Shown one piece after another: positions 29,036 to 36,984 of a DNA stretch of 64,000 nucleotides. Position 1 is the stretch's first letter; every line of letters begins with the position of its first letter. The notes below the pieces were generated by a model, which made no database searches, was not told where the DNA came from, and saw only the letters and a program-made list of their open reading frames with translations. The position numbers and the translations under genes were made by a program. The DNA is from Alphaproteobacteria bacterium (GTDB taxonomy: Bacteria > Pseudomonadota > Alphaproteobacteria > SPJN01), in the NCBI GenBank assembly GCA_049609145.1, contig JBMYYF010000002.1:444466-508465 (forward strand). Reading direction: 5' to 3'.

Positions 29036-30676
29036 ATGCTGAACAGGCGAAATCTATTAACAAGCGGCGCAACTGCCATGGCGGCAACAGCGCTGCTGCC
29101 CCATTGGGCCAAGGCGGCAACCCTCTCAAAGCCGGAAACACTATCCGGCTCCGTTATCAATTTATCCATCGGCAAAACATGGGTGGACCGCGGCGGCAAG
29201 GCCGGATGGGCCAAAACCATCAATGGCACTTTGCCCGGCCCCTTGATCCGCTTGGTGGAAGGGCAAGATGTTGAACTGCGCGTGACCAACACGCTGGATG
29301 AAGATACGTCTTTGCACTGGCACGGCATCTTGTTGCCAACAGAAATGGATGGCGTGCCCGGCCTGTCTTTTCCCGGCATCAAACCGGGGGAGACATTTGT
29401 TTATCGCTACAAGGTGCGCCAGCAGGGCACTTATTGGTATCACAGCCATTCCGGCTTGCAGGAACAGGAAGGGGTGTATGGCCCTCTTGTTATTGACCCG
29501 GCGCAAGAGGTCGATCCGTATGTCGATCACGATCATGTGGTCATGTTATCTGATTGGACCGATGAGGATGCCAACCATCTTTATGCCCGGTTAAAGAAGG
29601 CGCCCGCGGCGGACAATCTGCAGCAACGCACCATGGCGGATTTCTTCGCCGATATAGACGCGCACGGCCTTGCCGCCACCTTGGCGGATCGCAAAATGTG
29701 GGGCGACATGCGCATGGACCCAACAGATTTTGCCGATGTCACTGCCGCCACCTACAGCTATCTCATCAACGGCCAAGGCGCAGGCGCAGGACCGCAGGCA
29801 AATTGGACTGCCCTGTTTAAGCCGGGCCAAAGCCTGCGTCTGCGCTTTATCAATGCCGCCGCCATGACGATCTTCAACGTCAAAATTCCCGGCCTTGAAA
29901 TGCAGGTGGTGGCGGTGGATGGCCAGCCTGTTCAGCCCGTCTTTACGGATGAATTCCAAATCAGTGTGGCCGAAACCTACGATGTGATTGTGCGTCCCAA
30001 GATGGATCAAGCCTATACGATCTATGCAGGCACCAGCGATGGCATGGGCTATGCGCGCGGTACACTGGCCCCGCGGGCGGGTATGGCAGGGGAAGTTCCC
30101 CCGCTCGAAAAACCGCCTCTGCTCACTATGTCTGATATGGGGGCCGACATGAGGGCCAATATGGGCCACGATATGAATATGGCCGCGATGGATCATGCCA
30201 AAATGGACCACAGCAAGATGGACCACAGCAAGATGGGACATGGTCGCCCGCGTAAATTAACGTATCAGGATTTGCGCGCCCGCGCGCCATGGCCGGACCA
30301 ACGGCCACCGCGGCGAAACCTCATCATCAATCTTACGGGCAATATGGAACGCTATATGTGGTCGTTCGACGGTGTGAAATATTCTGAAGTAAAAGGCCCA
30401 ATCCCCTTCACCTTTGGGGAGCGGCTCAAGCTTACGCTCATTAACCAAACCATGATGAACCATCCCATTCATCTGCATGGTATGTGGATGGAGTTGGATG
30501 TAGGACAAGGCCCGCTTAACCCGCGCAAGCACACTATTAACGTCAAGCCCGGTGGCAAGGCGTCTGCCTTCATTACGGCAGATGCGAAGGGGCTTTGGGC
30601 CTTTCATTGTCATCTATTGATGCATATGAAAGCGGGCATGATGCGCGCGGTGCAAGTAAGCGGGGAGGTGGCCTGA
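29036..30676 (+). CDS. copA: copper-resistance multicopper oxidase CopA/PcoA type, Tat-exported
   Basis: 546 aa with AGGAG upstream and a twin-arginine signal (MLNRRNLLTSGATAMAATALL). Cu-site motifs are HWHG, HSH, HPIHLHG and HCHLLMHM. A Met/His-rich loop is present. Confidence 0.92.
   Translation: MLNRRNLLTSGATAMAATALLPHWAKAATLSKPETLSGSVINLSIGKTWVDRGGKAGWAKTINGTLPGPLIRLVEGQDVELRVTNTLDEDTSLHWHGILLPTEMDGVPGLSFPGIKPGETFVYRYKVRQQGTYWYHSHSGLQEQEGVYGPLVIDPAQEVDPYVDHDHVVMLSDWTDEDANHLYARLKKAPAADNLQQRTMADFFADIDAHGLAATLADRKMWGDMRMDPTDFADVTAATYSYLINGQGAGAGPQANWTALFKPGQSLRLRFINAAAMTIFNVKIPGLEMQVVAVDGQPVQPVFTDEFQISVAETYDVIVRPKMDQAYTIYAGTSDGMGYARGTLAPRAGMAGEVPPLEKPPLLTMSDMGADMRANMGHDMNMAAMDHAKMDHSKMDHSKMGHGRPRKLTYQDLRARAPWPDQRPPRRNLIINLTGNMERYMWSFDGVKYSEVKGPIPFTFGERLKLTLINQTMMNHPIHLHGMWMELDVGQGPLNPRKHTINVKPGGKASAFITADAKGLWAFHCHLLMHMKAGMMRAVQVSGEVA
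30188..30232 (+). repeat. in-frame 15-nt tandem repeat (3 units; units 2 and 3 identical) encoding MDHAK-MDHSK-MDHSK in the CopA Met/His loop
   Basis: atggatcatgccaaa (30188..30202), atggaccacagcaag (30203..30217) and atggaccacagcaag (30218..30232), read directly from the sequence. Confidence 0.85.
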
Positions 30677-31362
30677 TGAAGAAATTTGTACTTATGTTTG
30701 CCGCCTTGCTGGCAACACCGGTATGGGCAGCAGAACCCATCATCACCAAACTGTCCCTCAATCAGTTGGAGCGCCTCATAGGCGATGAACACGCCTTAGC
30801 GTGGGATGCTACTTTTTGGGCCGGGCGCGATCGCGACAAAATCCAGATTGAAGCCAGCGGCGAAAACGCCTTGGGCGGCAACGGTCAATCCGCGGAGGTC
30901 AGCGTGCTTTATCGCCGTGCTGTTTCTCCCTTCTTTGATATGAAGGTGGGGCTCCGCCACGAGGCAGAGCCGGATGACCCGCTTACCCATTTGGCGCTGG
31001 GCTTTGAGGGGCTGGCGGTGCAGTGGTGGGACGTGGAGGGGATGGCGTACTTTTCCGAAGAAGGGGATGCGACTGCCAGCTTCGCGGCAGCGACGGATTT
31101 GCGCCTCACCCAAAAGCTTATCTTGCAACCTGATATAGAGGTGGGTTTTTCGGCCCATAAGGTCGCTTCCCGCGGCCATGGCGCGGGGTTGACCGAGGCA
31201 GATATTGCCTTGCGCTTGCGCTATCAAGCCACCCGTAATATCGCGCCCTATATTGGTTGGGCCTACACACGCCGCTTTGGCGGCACCGCCGCCATGGCCA
31301 TCGCGGCGGGGGAGGGCCGATCAGCAGATGCGCTCCTCGTCGGCGTGACGGGCTGGTTCTAG
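30676..31362 (+). CDS. copB: copper-resistance outer-membrane protein CopB/PcoB
   Basis: I prefer ATG 30676 (MKKFVLMFAALLATPVWA), which overlaps the copA stop (TGATG). The CopB-like barrel body ends in ..GVTGWF. Confidence 0.85.
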   Translation: MKKFVLMFAALLATPVWAAEPIITKLSLNQLERLIGDEHALAWDATFWAGRDRDKIQIEASGENALGGNGQSAEVSVLYRRAVSPFFDMKVGLRHEAEPDDPLTHLALGFEGLAVQWWDVEGMAYFSEEGDATASFAAATDLRLTQKLILQPDIEVGFSAHKVASRGHGAGLTEADIALRLRYQATRNIAPYIGWAYTRRFGGTAAMAIAAGEGRSADALLVGVTGWF

Positions 31363-31365
31363 TGA

Positions 31366-31400
31366 CAAAAAAAGGCCGGGGCGGTTTATCCGCTCCGGCC
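31366..31400 (-). terminator. hairpin terminator between the convergent copB and acyl-CoA dehydrogenase genes
   Basis: Stem GGCCGGGGCGG-tttat-CCGCTCCGGCC, preceded by AAAAAAAA on the plus strand. This gives a strong U-tract for the minus-strand transcript. The hairpin sits 4-38 nt after the copB stop. Confidence 0.6.
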
Positions 31401-31479
31401 CTAATTCTTCCCAAGACCCGGTTTTATTTGTCGCCCCTTCCGGGCGCAAAACCGGTGCCCACTTTTGCTGAAGGGGCTC

Positions 31480-33324
31480 CTAGAACATATCAGCAGGCAT
31501 TTCCATCATGGTGTCGGACCCGGCTTTTACCTTGGTCAACAGCGAGCTGGTTTCCGGCAACATGCGTTCCATCCAATGGCGGCCCGTAATTTGCTTGGCC
31601 TTCATGAAATCGGCATTGCCTTCACCCGCAGCCAGTTTGGCGTTGGCGGTTTTCACCATCTCGCCCCACATAAAGCCCAGCGTTACGATGCCGAACATGC
31701 GGAGGTACTCTGCCGAAGAGGCGCCAACATGGTCGCGGTTCTCTGCGCCTTTTTCCATGAACCACATGGTGGCGGTTTGCAGATCGTTCAAACCATCTTG
31801 CAGCGGGCCGGTAAAGGCTTGCAAGCCTTCGTCACCCTTGTTTTCATCAATGAACTGCTGGATCAGTGCGAAATAAGCCATGATGGTTTTGCCACCGTTC
31901 ATGGGCAGTTTGCGGCCCACAAGGTCCAGTGCTTGCACGCCGTTCGCGCCTTCATAGATCGGCAGGATGCGGCTGTCGCGTACATATTGTTCCATGCCGT
32001 GTTCATGCACATAGCCATGGCCGCCAAAGCACTGCATGGACATATTGGTGCTTTCAAAACCCATATCGGTGAAGAAGGCTTTGATAACCGGCGTCATCAG
32101 CATCACGATATTTGCCATCTCTGCCGCTTCCTCGCCGCCTTTGGCGCGGGCTTCGCTGGTTTTCATGTTCGACCAATAGGTCAGCGCGCGCGCGCCTTCA
32201 ATGAAGGACCGGCTGGTCAGCAACATGCGGCGCACATCGGGGTGCACCATGATGGGGTCTGCCGGAAGTTCAGGGTTTTTCGTCCCGGTCAGCGAGCGGC
32301 CCGCAATGCGGTCTTTCGTATAGGCCACGGCGTTTTGGTAGGCGGCTTCGGCCACGGCCATGCCCTGCATGCCCACGCCCATGCGCGCCATGTTCATCAT
32401 CATGAACATGCCAGCCATCCCGGCGGAGGATGATTTTACTTCTTTCCCGTCATCGGTCTTTTTCACCTTGGGTTCGCCACCCAGTTTCCACGCGATGGAG
32501 TTTTCATAGTTCAGCACACAAGTGGCGCTGCCTTTAATGCCCATCTTCTTTTCGATGGAACCAACGGTCACGCCATTGTGCTCGCCCAATGAGCCATCAT
32601 CATTGACGATATATTTGGGCACCAGGAAGAAGTTCACGGTGGAGAGGTCATCAGCCAGCTTGCCATCTTCATTCGGCACTTTGGCGATCACCATATGCAC
32701 AATGTTGTCGGCCAGATCGTGGTCGCCGCCGGAGATAAAGATCTTGGTGCCGGTAATGCGATAGGTGCCGTCATCTTGCGGCACGGCTTTGGTGCGCATG
32801 AGTTTAAGGTCCGTGCCGCAATGGGGCTCCGTCAAATTCATTGTGCCGCACCATTCGCCGGAGATCATTTTGGGCGCGTATTTTTCTTTCATTTCCTGCG
32901 GCGCGGTACCGAGGATGGCGGCATAAGCCGCACCGGTCAGGCCAAAATACATGGACAGCGCATGGTTGGCAGAAACGCCGATTTCCGTCACGCACATGGA
33001 CAAGATGCCGGGCAGGCCCATGCCGCCGAATTCTTCGGGCGCGCCTACGGCGTTCCAGCCGCCTTCGCGCCACGCATCATAGGCTTCGCGGTAGCCGGAT
33101 GGGGTGCGCACAACGCCATTTTCCAGCGTGCAGCCTTCGGCATCGCCTGAAAGGTTGGCGGGCACCAGCTTTTCTTCAGCGACCTTGGCCGCACCTTGCA
33201 ACACCGCATCAATCGTGTCGGTGTCCAGTGCTTCAAAACCGGGAAACGCGGTCAGGCTTTGGACGTTCAAAAAATCGTTCAGCAGGAACTTCATGTCCTC
33301 GACGGGGGCTTTATAGGTGGGCAT
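31480..33324 (-). CDS. large (~614 aa) acyl-CoA dehydrogenase, FadE-like
   Basis: The track ORF extends to 33426; ATG 33324 (MPTYKAPVEDMKFLLNDFL) has AAGGA upstream. ACAD motifs present: WCGTMNLTEPHCGTDL, GTKIFISGGDHDL, IYEGANGVQALDLVGRK. Confidence 0.88.
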   Translation of the reverse strand: MPTYKAPVEDMKFLLNDFLNVQSLTAFPGFEALDTDTIDAVLQGAAKVAEEKLVPANLSGDAEGCTLENGVVRTPSGYREAYDAWREGGWNAVGAPEEFGGMGLPGILSMCVTEIGVSANHALSMYFGLTGAAYAAILGTAPQEMKEKYAPKMISGEWCGTMNLTEPHCGTDLKLMRTKAVPQDDGTYRITGTKIFISGGDHDLADNIVHMVIAKVPNEDGKLADDLSTVNFFLVPKYIVNDDGSLGEHNGVTVGSIEKKMGIKGSATCVLNYENSIAWKLGGEPKVKKTDDGKEVKSSSAGMAGMFMMMNMARMGVGMQGMAVAEAAYQNAVAYTKDRIAGRSLTGTKNPELPADPIMVHPDVRRMLLTSRSFIEGARALTYWSNMKTSEARAKGGEEAAEMANIVMLMTPVIKAFFTDMGFESTNMSMQCFGGHGYVHEHGMEQYVRDSRILPIYEGANGVQALDLVGRKLPMNGGKTIMAYFALIQQFIDENKGDEGLQAFTGPLQDGLNDLQTATMWFMEKGAENRDHVGASSAEYLRMFGIVTLGFMWGEMVKTANAKLAAGEGNADFMKAKQITGRHWMERMLPETSSLLTKVKAGSDTMMEMPADMF

Positions 33325-33401
33325 GGACCATCCTTCTCTTTTGTGAAAATGGCTGACTTTCAATCCTGTCAGCAGTTGCAGAAGGTGGTATCGGAATTTT
33401 A

Positions 33402-33429
33402 CCCGTGAGTCAATTTTCTCACTCACGGG
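33402..33429. promoter_or_regulatory. 9-bp perfect inverted repeat (CCCGTGAGT-n10-ACTCACGGG) in the divergent acyl-CoA dehydrogenase / bufA intergenic region; function unknown
   Basis: Read directly from the sequence: arms at 33402..33410 and 33421..33429. Confidence 0.25.
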
Positions 33430-33540
33430 CGCTCACGTGAATGTGTAAAGGCGTCGGTTGTCTGTGAGCGGCGGTGCGGGGCATGGTTTACACGTCGCTA
33501 ACAGGGGTTGGCGCACATAACGAAATTCAGGAGAAATCAA

Positions 33541-33810
33541 ATGAGCAAATCAGGTAAAATCGTCGGTCTGGCCGCAGCAAGCGCAGTTGCCTCTGCATTG
33601 GCCATGGCAACCTTGCCCGCACAAGCCGACGACCATGGCGCCAAGAACGAAAAATGCTATGGCGTTGTGAAAGCTGGCAAAAACGATTGCCAAACAGCGA
33701 CATCTTCATGCGCAGGTACATCAACCGAAGACGGTCAAAAAGATGCCTGGATTTATGTGCCTGCTGGCACTTGCGACAAGCTGGTCGGTGGCAGCAACGC
33801 TGCTGGCTAA
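33541..33810 (+). CDS. bufA: DUF2282-family bufferin precursor peptide (BufA1-like), Sec signal peptide plus 4-Cys core
   Basis: ATG 33541 is preceded by CAGGAG. The 89-aa product is MSKSGKIVGLAAASAVASALAMATLPAQA/DDHGAKNEKCYGVVKAGKNDCQTATSSCAGTSTEDGQKDAWIYVPAGTCDKLVGGSNAAG. It carries the DUF2282 signature EKCYG..KAGKNDC....SCAG....D.W..VP.GTC (Cys39, 50, 57, 78). Confidence 0.85.
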   Translation: MSKSGKIVGLAAASAVASALAMATLPAQADDHGAKNEKCYGVVKAGKNDCQTATSSCAGTSTEDGQKDAWIYVPAGTCDKLVGGSNAAG

Positions 33811-33828
33811 ATTCGGCTAAACCGGTTT

Positions 33829-33890
33829 CAGGCGGCGTGGCGCTCCTTCCCATCTTCTCTCTCCCCAGCCGCGTCGCCTGATTTCTTTTT
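33829..33890 (+). terminator. intercistronic stem-loop plus U-rich tract between the precursor gene and the MNIO gene (candidate partial terminator/attenuator)
   Basis: 13-bp stem CAGGCGGCGTGGC (33829..33841) / GCCGCGTCGCCTG (33868..33880) with two G.U pairs and a 26-nt C/U-rich loop, followed by ATTTCTTTTT. Confidence 0.45.
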
Positions 33891-33909
33891 GAGAACCCAA
33901 GGTCATTCC

Positions 33910-34791
33910 ATGTCTTCCGCCATGCAATCCCAGCCTCTGACCGTTTTCGGCAATGATCTGCCCGCTTGCGCCGGCATTTCGCTGAAGGCCGATCACTATG
34001 AGACGATAGGGCAGGGGAATGTCTCTACCGGGTTTTTGGAGGTGCATGCCGAGAACTATTTTGGCGCAGGTGGTACGCCGCATCATTGGCTTTCCAAGGC
34101 GCGGGAAAACCATGCCCTGTCGGTCCACGGGGTTGGCTTGTCGCTTGGCAGTGCTGCGCGGGTGGATCAAGATCACCTATTGCGGTTGAAAGCGGTTGTG
34201 GATCGCTATCAACCCCAGCAGGTGTCTGAACACATTGCCTTTGCCCGACACGAAGGCGCGTTCCTTAATGATTTGTTGCCGCTGCCCTATACGGACGAGG
34301 CGTTGGCGTGGCTCGTAGACAATATTGATGAAACGCAGCAGGCACTGGGGCAGCGTATATTGGTTGAAAACCCGTCCACTTATTTAACCTTTGCGCATTC
34401 CACCCTTCCCGAAACGGAATTCATTGTAGAGGCTTGCCGCAAGTCCGGCGCAGGGCTGCTGCTCGATATCAATAACGTCTATGTATGCGCGCGCAATCAC
34501 GGCTTTGAGGCCGCGGCGTGGTTGGCGGATATTCCCGCAGATCTGGTGGGCGAAATTCATCTCGCCGGGCACACAGTCAAACAGGTGGAAGGCGTAGAGC
34601 TGCGCATTGATGATCATGGTAGCGCGGTTTGTAAGGAAGTCTGGGCGCTCTACGAAAGTGTCATCGCGCGCATCGGCCCACGCCCCACGCTCATTGAATG
34701 GGACACGGATGTGCCGCCACTTGCCACATTGTTGGCAGAGGCCGCAAAGGCAGATGCGATCATGGCGCATAAGGCGGTGGCAAATGGCTAA
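33910..34791 (+). CDS. bufB: DUF692 / MNIO (multinuclear non-heme iron oxidase) family RiPP-modifying enzyme, BufB-like
   Basis: The track ORF starts at 33889; the first ATG is at 33910 (33922 is an alternative). DUF692/UPF0276 TIM-barrel motifs present: GISLKADHY, LEVHAENYF, SVHGVGLSLGS, VSEHIAF, LVENPSTY, LLDINNVYV, EIHLAGH, PTLIEWD. Confidence 0.88.
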   Translation: MSSAMQSQPLTVFGNDLPACAGISLKADHYETIGQGNVSTGFLEVHAENYFGAGGTPHHWLSKARENHALSVHGVGLSLGSAARVDQDHLLRLKAVVDRYQPQQVSEHIAFARHEGAFLNDLLPLPYTDEALAWLVDNIDETQQALGQRILVENPSTYLTFAHSTLPETEFIVEACRKSGAGLLLDINNVYVCARNHGFEAAAWLADIPADLVGEIHLAGHTVKQVEGVELRIDDHGSAVCKEVWALYESVIARIGPRPTLIEWDTDVPPLATLLAEAAKADAIMAHKAVANG

Positions 34792-35566
34792 CATGCTTTC
34801 ATTGAAAGATTTGCAGGCAGGCTTTGCCGCGCAAGCCATTCCCGCCACCGGCAAAGCCCCGGCAGGTCTGGTGGATTGCGTGTTGGGCAATGGCCTTGCG
34901 CCCGCCGCCCGGCTGCGCGTTCATGCCAACAATACCCGGCTTACCCTAACGGATGCCTTATCCAAAACCTTTCCGGTGATCGCGGCGCTGACCGGTGGTG
35001 AGTTCTTCGCGGCGCTGGCAGCGCACTATATAGAGGCCGATCCTCCAAGGTCCGCCGCCTTGATTGATTGGGGCACGGGCTTTGCAGAGTTTCTGGCAGG
35101 TTTTCAGCCTGCGCAGCAGCTACCCTATTTGCCGGATATGGCGCGCCTTGAATGGGCGGTAAGCGAAAGTTTCAACGCGGCAGATAATGCACCCGCCACG
35201 GCTGATAGCCTGAACGCAATGAACCCGGCCGAGTTGGCCGATGCGCCCTTGCCTTTACACAGCGCGGCCCATTTGCTGAAAGCGGATTGGCCCGTTGATG
35301 ATATTTGGGCGGCGCACCAGCCGGGCGGCCTATCGCTAGATGATATTGATATGACAGGCGGTGATTACCGCATTTTGGTGACGCGCCCCCAATTGGGCGT
35401 GTTCGTGCATCGCTTGGAAGGTGCCGCGGCAGAACTGGCATATTTGTTGAATGAGGGCACGCCCTTTGGCAATGCGCTGGCAGTCTTGGGCGCAGAAGGC
35501 GGGGCCGCCTTTGCGCATTTACTATCTATCGGGGCGCTTGCCACGCCACAAATTGAGGAGGGCTGA
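34784..35566 (+). CDS. bufC: DUF2063-family partner protein (BufC-like, putative precursor-recognition subunit)
   Basis: The long track ORF (34607) overlaps bufB out of frame. I prefer ATG 34784 (MANMLSLKDLQAGFAAQ), which overlaps the bufB stop by 8 nt; ATG 34793 is an alternative. DUF2063-like motifs: RLRVHANNTRLTLTDALSKTFPV and PYLPDMARLEWA. Confidence 0.78.
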   Translation: MANMLSLKDLQAGFAAQAIPATGKAPAGLVDCVLGNGLAPAARLRVHANNTRLTLTDALSKTFPVIAALTGGEFFAALAAHYIEADPPRSAALIDWGTGFAEFLAGFQPAQQLPYLPDMARLEWAVSESFNAADNAPATADSLNAMNPAELADAPLPLHSAAHLLKADWPVDDIWAAHQPGGLSLDDIDMTGGDYRILVTRPQLGVFVHRLEGAAAELAYLLNEGTPFGNALAVLGAEGGAAFAHLLSIGALATPQIEEG

Positions 35567-35568
35567 AT

Positions 35569-36030
35569 ATGCTGGAAAAATTGGGGCCGCTTGGCGGCGT
35601 AGTCACAGGCGCTATCCGCGCATTGGAATCCACGTTGATGGTGTCGCTGGCATTGCTGGCGACCCGCATTGCGGTTGGGCTTGTCTTCTGGCGCTCTGGC
35701 CAAACCAAGGTCGATAGCGATTTCAACGTAACCGACACGACCGTATTGTTGTTCAAATATGAATATGCGGTGCCCGTGTTGGAGCCGAAAGTTGCCGCCA
35801 TCATGGCAAGCTATGCAGAACATGCATTACCCATTCTGCTGTGGCTGGGTTTGGGCGCGCGCATCGGCGCAACCGGCCTTCTCGTGATGACCGCCGTTAT
35901 TCAGTTCTTCGTTTTCTCCAATTCGTGGCCGGAACATATGTTGTGGGCGGCCATGCTGGCAGTGATATTGACGAAAGGGCCGGGGCTCTTCTCCATCGAT
36001 CACTTCATCCGCAAGCGGGAGATGGCATAG
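35569..36030 (+). CDS. bufD: DoxX-family integral membrane protein (BufD-like)
   Basis: 153 aa with GAGGAG upstream, starting 2 nt after the bufC stop. It has four TM segments with a DoxX-like pattern (RIAVGLVFWRSGQTK ... AEHALPILLWLGLGARI). Confidence 0.85.
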   Translation: MLEKLGPLGGVVTGAIRALESTLMVSLALLATRIAVGLVFWRSGQTKVDSDFNVTDTTVLLFKYEYAVPVLEPKVAAIMASYAEHALPILLWLGLGARIGATGLLVMTAVIQFFVFSNSWPEHMLWAAMLAVILTKGPGLFSIDHFIRKREMA

Positions 36031-36085
36031 GGTGCCCACGCCTAAGGGCTTGCATTGATCGGGCGTCGCGTTTCAAACTACGGCA

Positions 36086-36883
36086 ATGTTGGGGGAACAA
36101 CAAAAGCAGGAATTTGCGCGCGATGGCGTCACCCTTTTGCCGGGCCTGCTGGATGCTGCCCAAATGAAGGCGGCGCGCAAGCTTTATGACTGGTCGCTTG
36201 CCAATCCCGGCCCCTTGGCGGTGGAATTGTTTGGGGCAGGCTCCGGCTTTGCGAATGATCTGGTAAACCCGCAAGCGCCCAACCAATATGAAAGCTTCTT
36301 GCGCGCAGGGCCGTTCGCCGAAACGTGCGGTGCGCTTTGGGACGCGTTGCCCTGTTGGTTTATGTATGAACAAGTGTTCAAGAAAGATGCGCCGGAAGGC
36401 GTCGCCCGCACCCCATGGCATCAAGATTTGCCGTATCTCGCGATAGAAGGCGATCACCTCGCTGTGTTCTGGATTTCGTTTGAGGCGCTGCCCGCGTCTG
36501 AGTCTTTGGAGTTTGTCAGAGGCTCTCATACAGGCACTTTATATAATGGCAGCATGTTTGATCCCGAAGATGAAACAAAGCCGATCTATGCAGGTGATGC
36601 GCTGCCTCGCCTGCCGCGTATTGAGGCGGATCGCGCCGCCTATGATATTGTGAGCTTTGCGGTAGAGCCGGGAGATGTGGTGGTGTTTCACCCCGCCATG
36701 CTGCATGGGGGCGCGCCCACGCCCAAGGATAAGCAGCGCCACACGCTTTCCCTACGGTTCTTTGGGGAAGACAGCCGCTTCGCCGAACGCCCCTTCGGTG
36801 CAGGGCTCATGGTGCCGGAACTTAAGGGCACGCTTCAGCCCGGCGATCCGTTTCGGCATGAGAAATTTTTAGAGTTGCATTGA
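36086..36883 (+). CDS. phytanoyl-CoA dioxygenase (PhyH)-family Fe(II)/2-oxoglutarate oxygenase
   Basis: 265 aa. Motifs: QEFARDGVTLLPGLLD; the facial triad context PWHQDLPY (HxD) and a distal HGG (VVFHPAMLHGG); and R..LSLRF. Confidence 0.78.
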   Translation: MLGEQQKQEFARDGVTLLPGLLDAAQMKAARKLYDWSLANPGPLAVELFGAGSGFANDLVNPQAPNQYESFLRAGPFAETCGALWDALPCWFMYEQVFKKDAPEGVARTPWHQDLPYLAIEGDHLAVFWISFEALPASESLEFVRGSHTGTLYNGSMFDPEDETKPIYAGDALPRLPRIEADRAAYDIVSFAVEPGDVVVFHPAMLHGGAPTPKDKQRHTLSLRFFGEDSRFAERPFGAGLMVPELKGTLQPGDPFRHEKFLELH

Positions 36884-36949
36884 TCCAAAACACTTTCTGA
36901 CATCCTCAATGAACAGCTCCGGCTGTTCCATGGCGGCGAAGTGCCCGCC
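36884..36949 (-). pseudogene. relic 3' fragment (22 codons) of an epoxide-hydrolase paralogue
   Basis: The minus-strand reading GGHFAAMEQPELFIEDVRKCFG is identical at peptide level to the C-terminus of the intact gene (copy at 37000..37065). By my hand alignment 56 of 66 nt are identical, including a 30-nt perfect core (CATCCTCAATGAACAGCTCCGGCTGTTCCAT region). No upstream coding continuation is present. Confidence 0.6.
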
Positions 36950-36984
36950 CCCAAAATCAAAAGACAAGGGCGCGCGCGAGCGGA

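Noticed and set aside
31465-32433. 322-aa plus-strand ORF inside the acyl-CoA dehydrogenase gene
   Set aside because: It is an antisense shadow ORF (His/Gly/Ala/Arg-rich). The minus-strand frame carries unambiguous ACAD motifs.
33325-33426. N-terminal extensions of track ORFs (acyl-CoA dehydrogenase to 33426; likewise secA to 44346, purB to 49853, Wza-like to 20445, PPIase from 44464, copB from 30595, bufC from 34607)
   Set aside because: In each case an internal ATG gives the canonical family N-terminus or a signal peptide, with a Shine-Dalgarno or a stop/start overlap. The extensions look like translated intergenic sequence or overlap the upstream gene out of frame.
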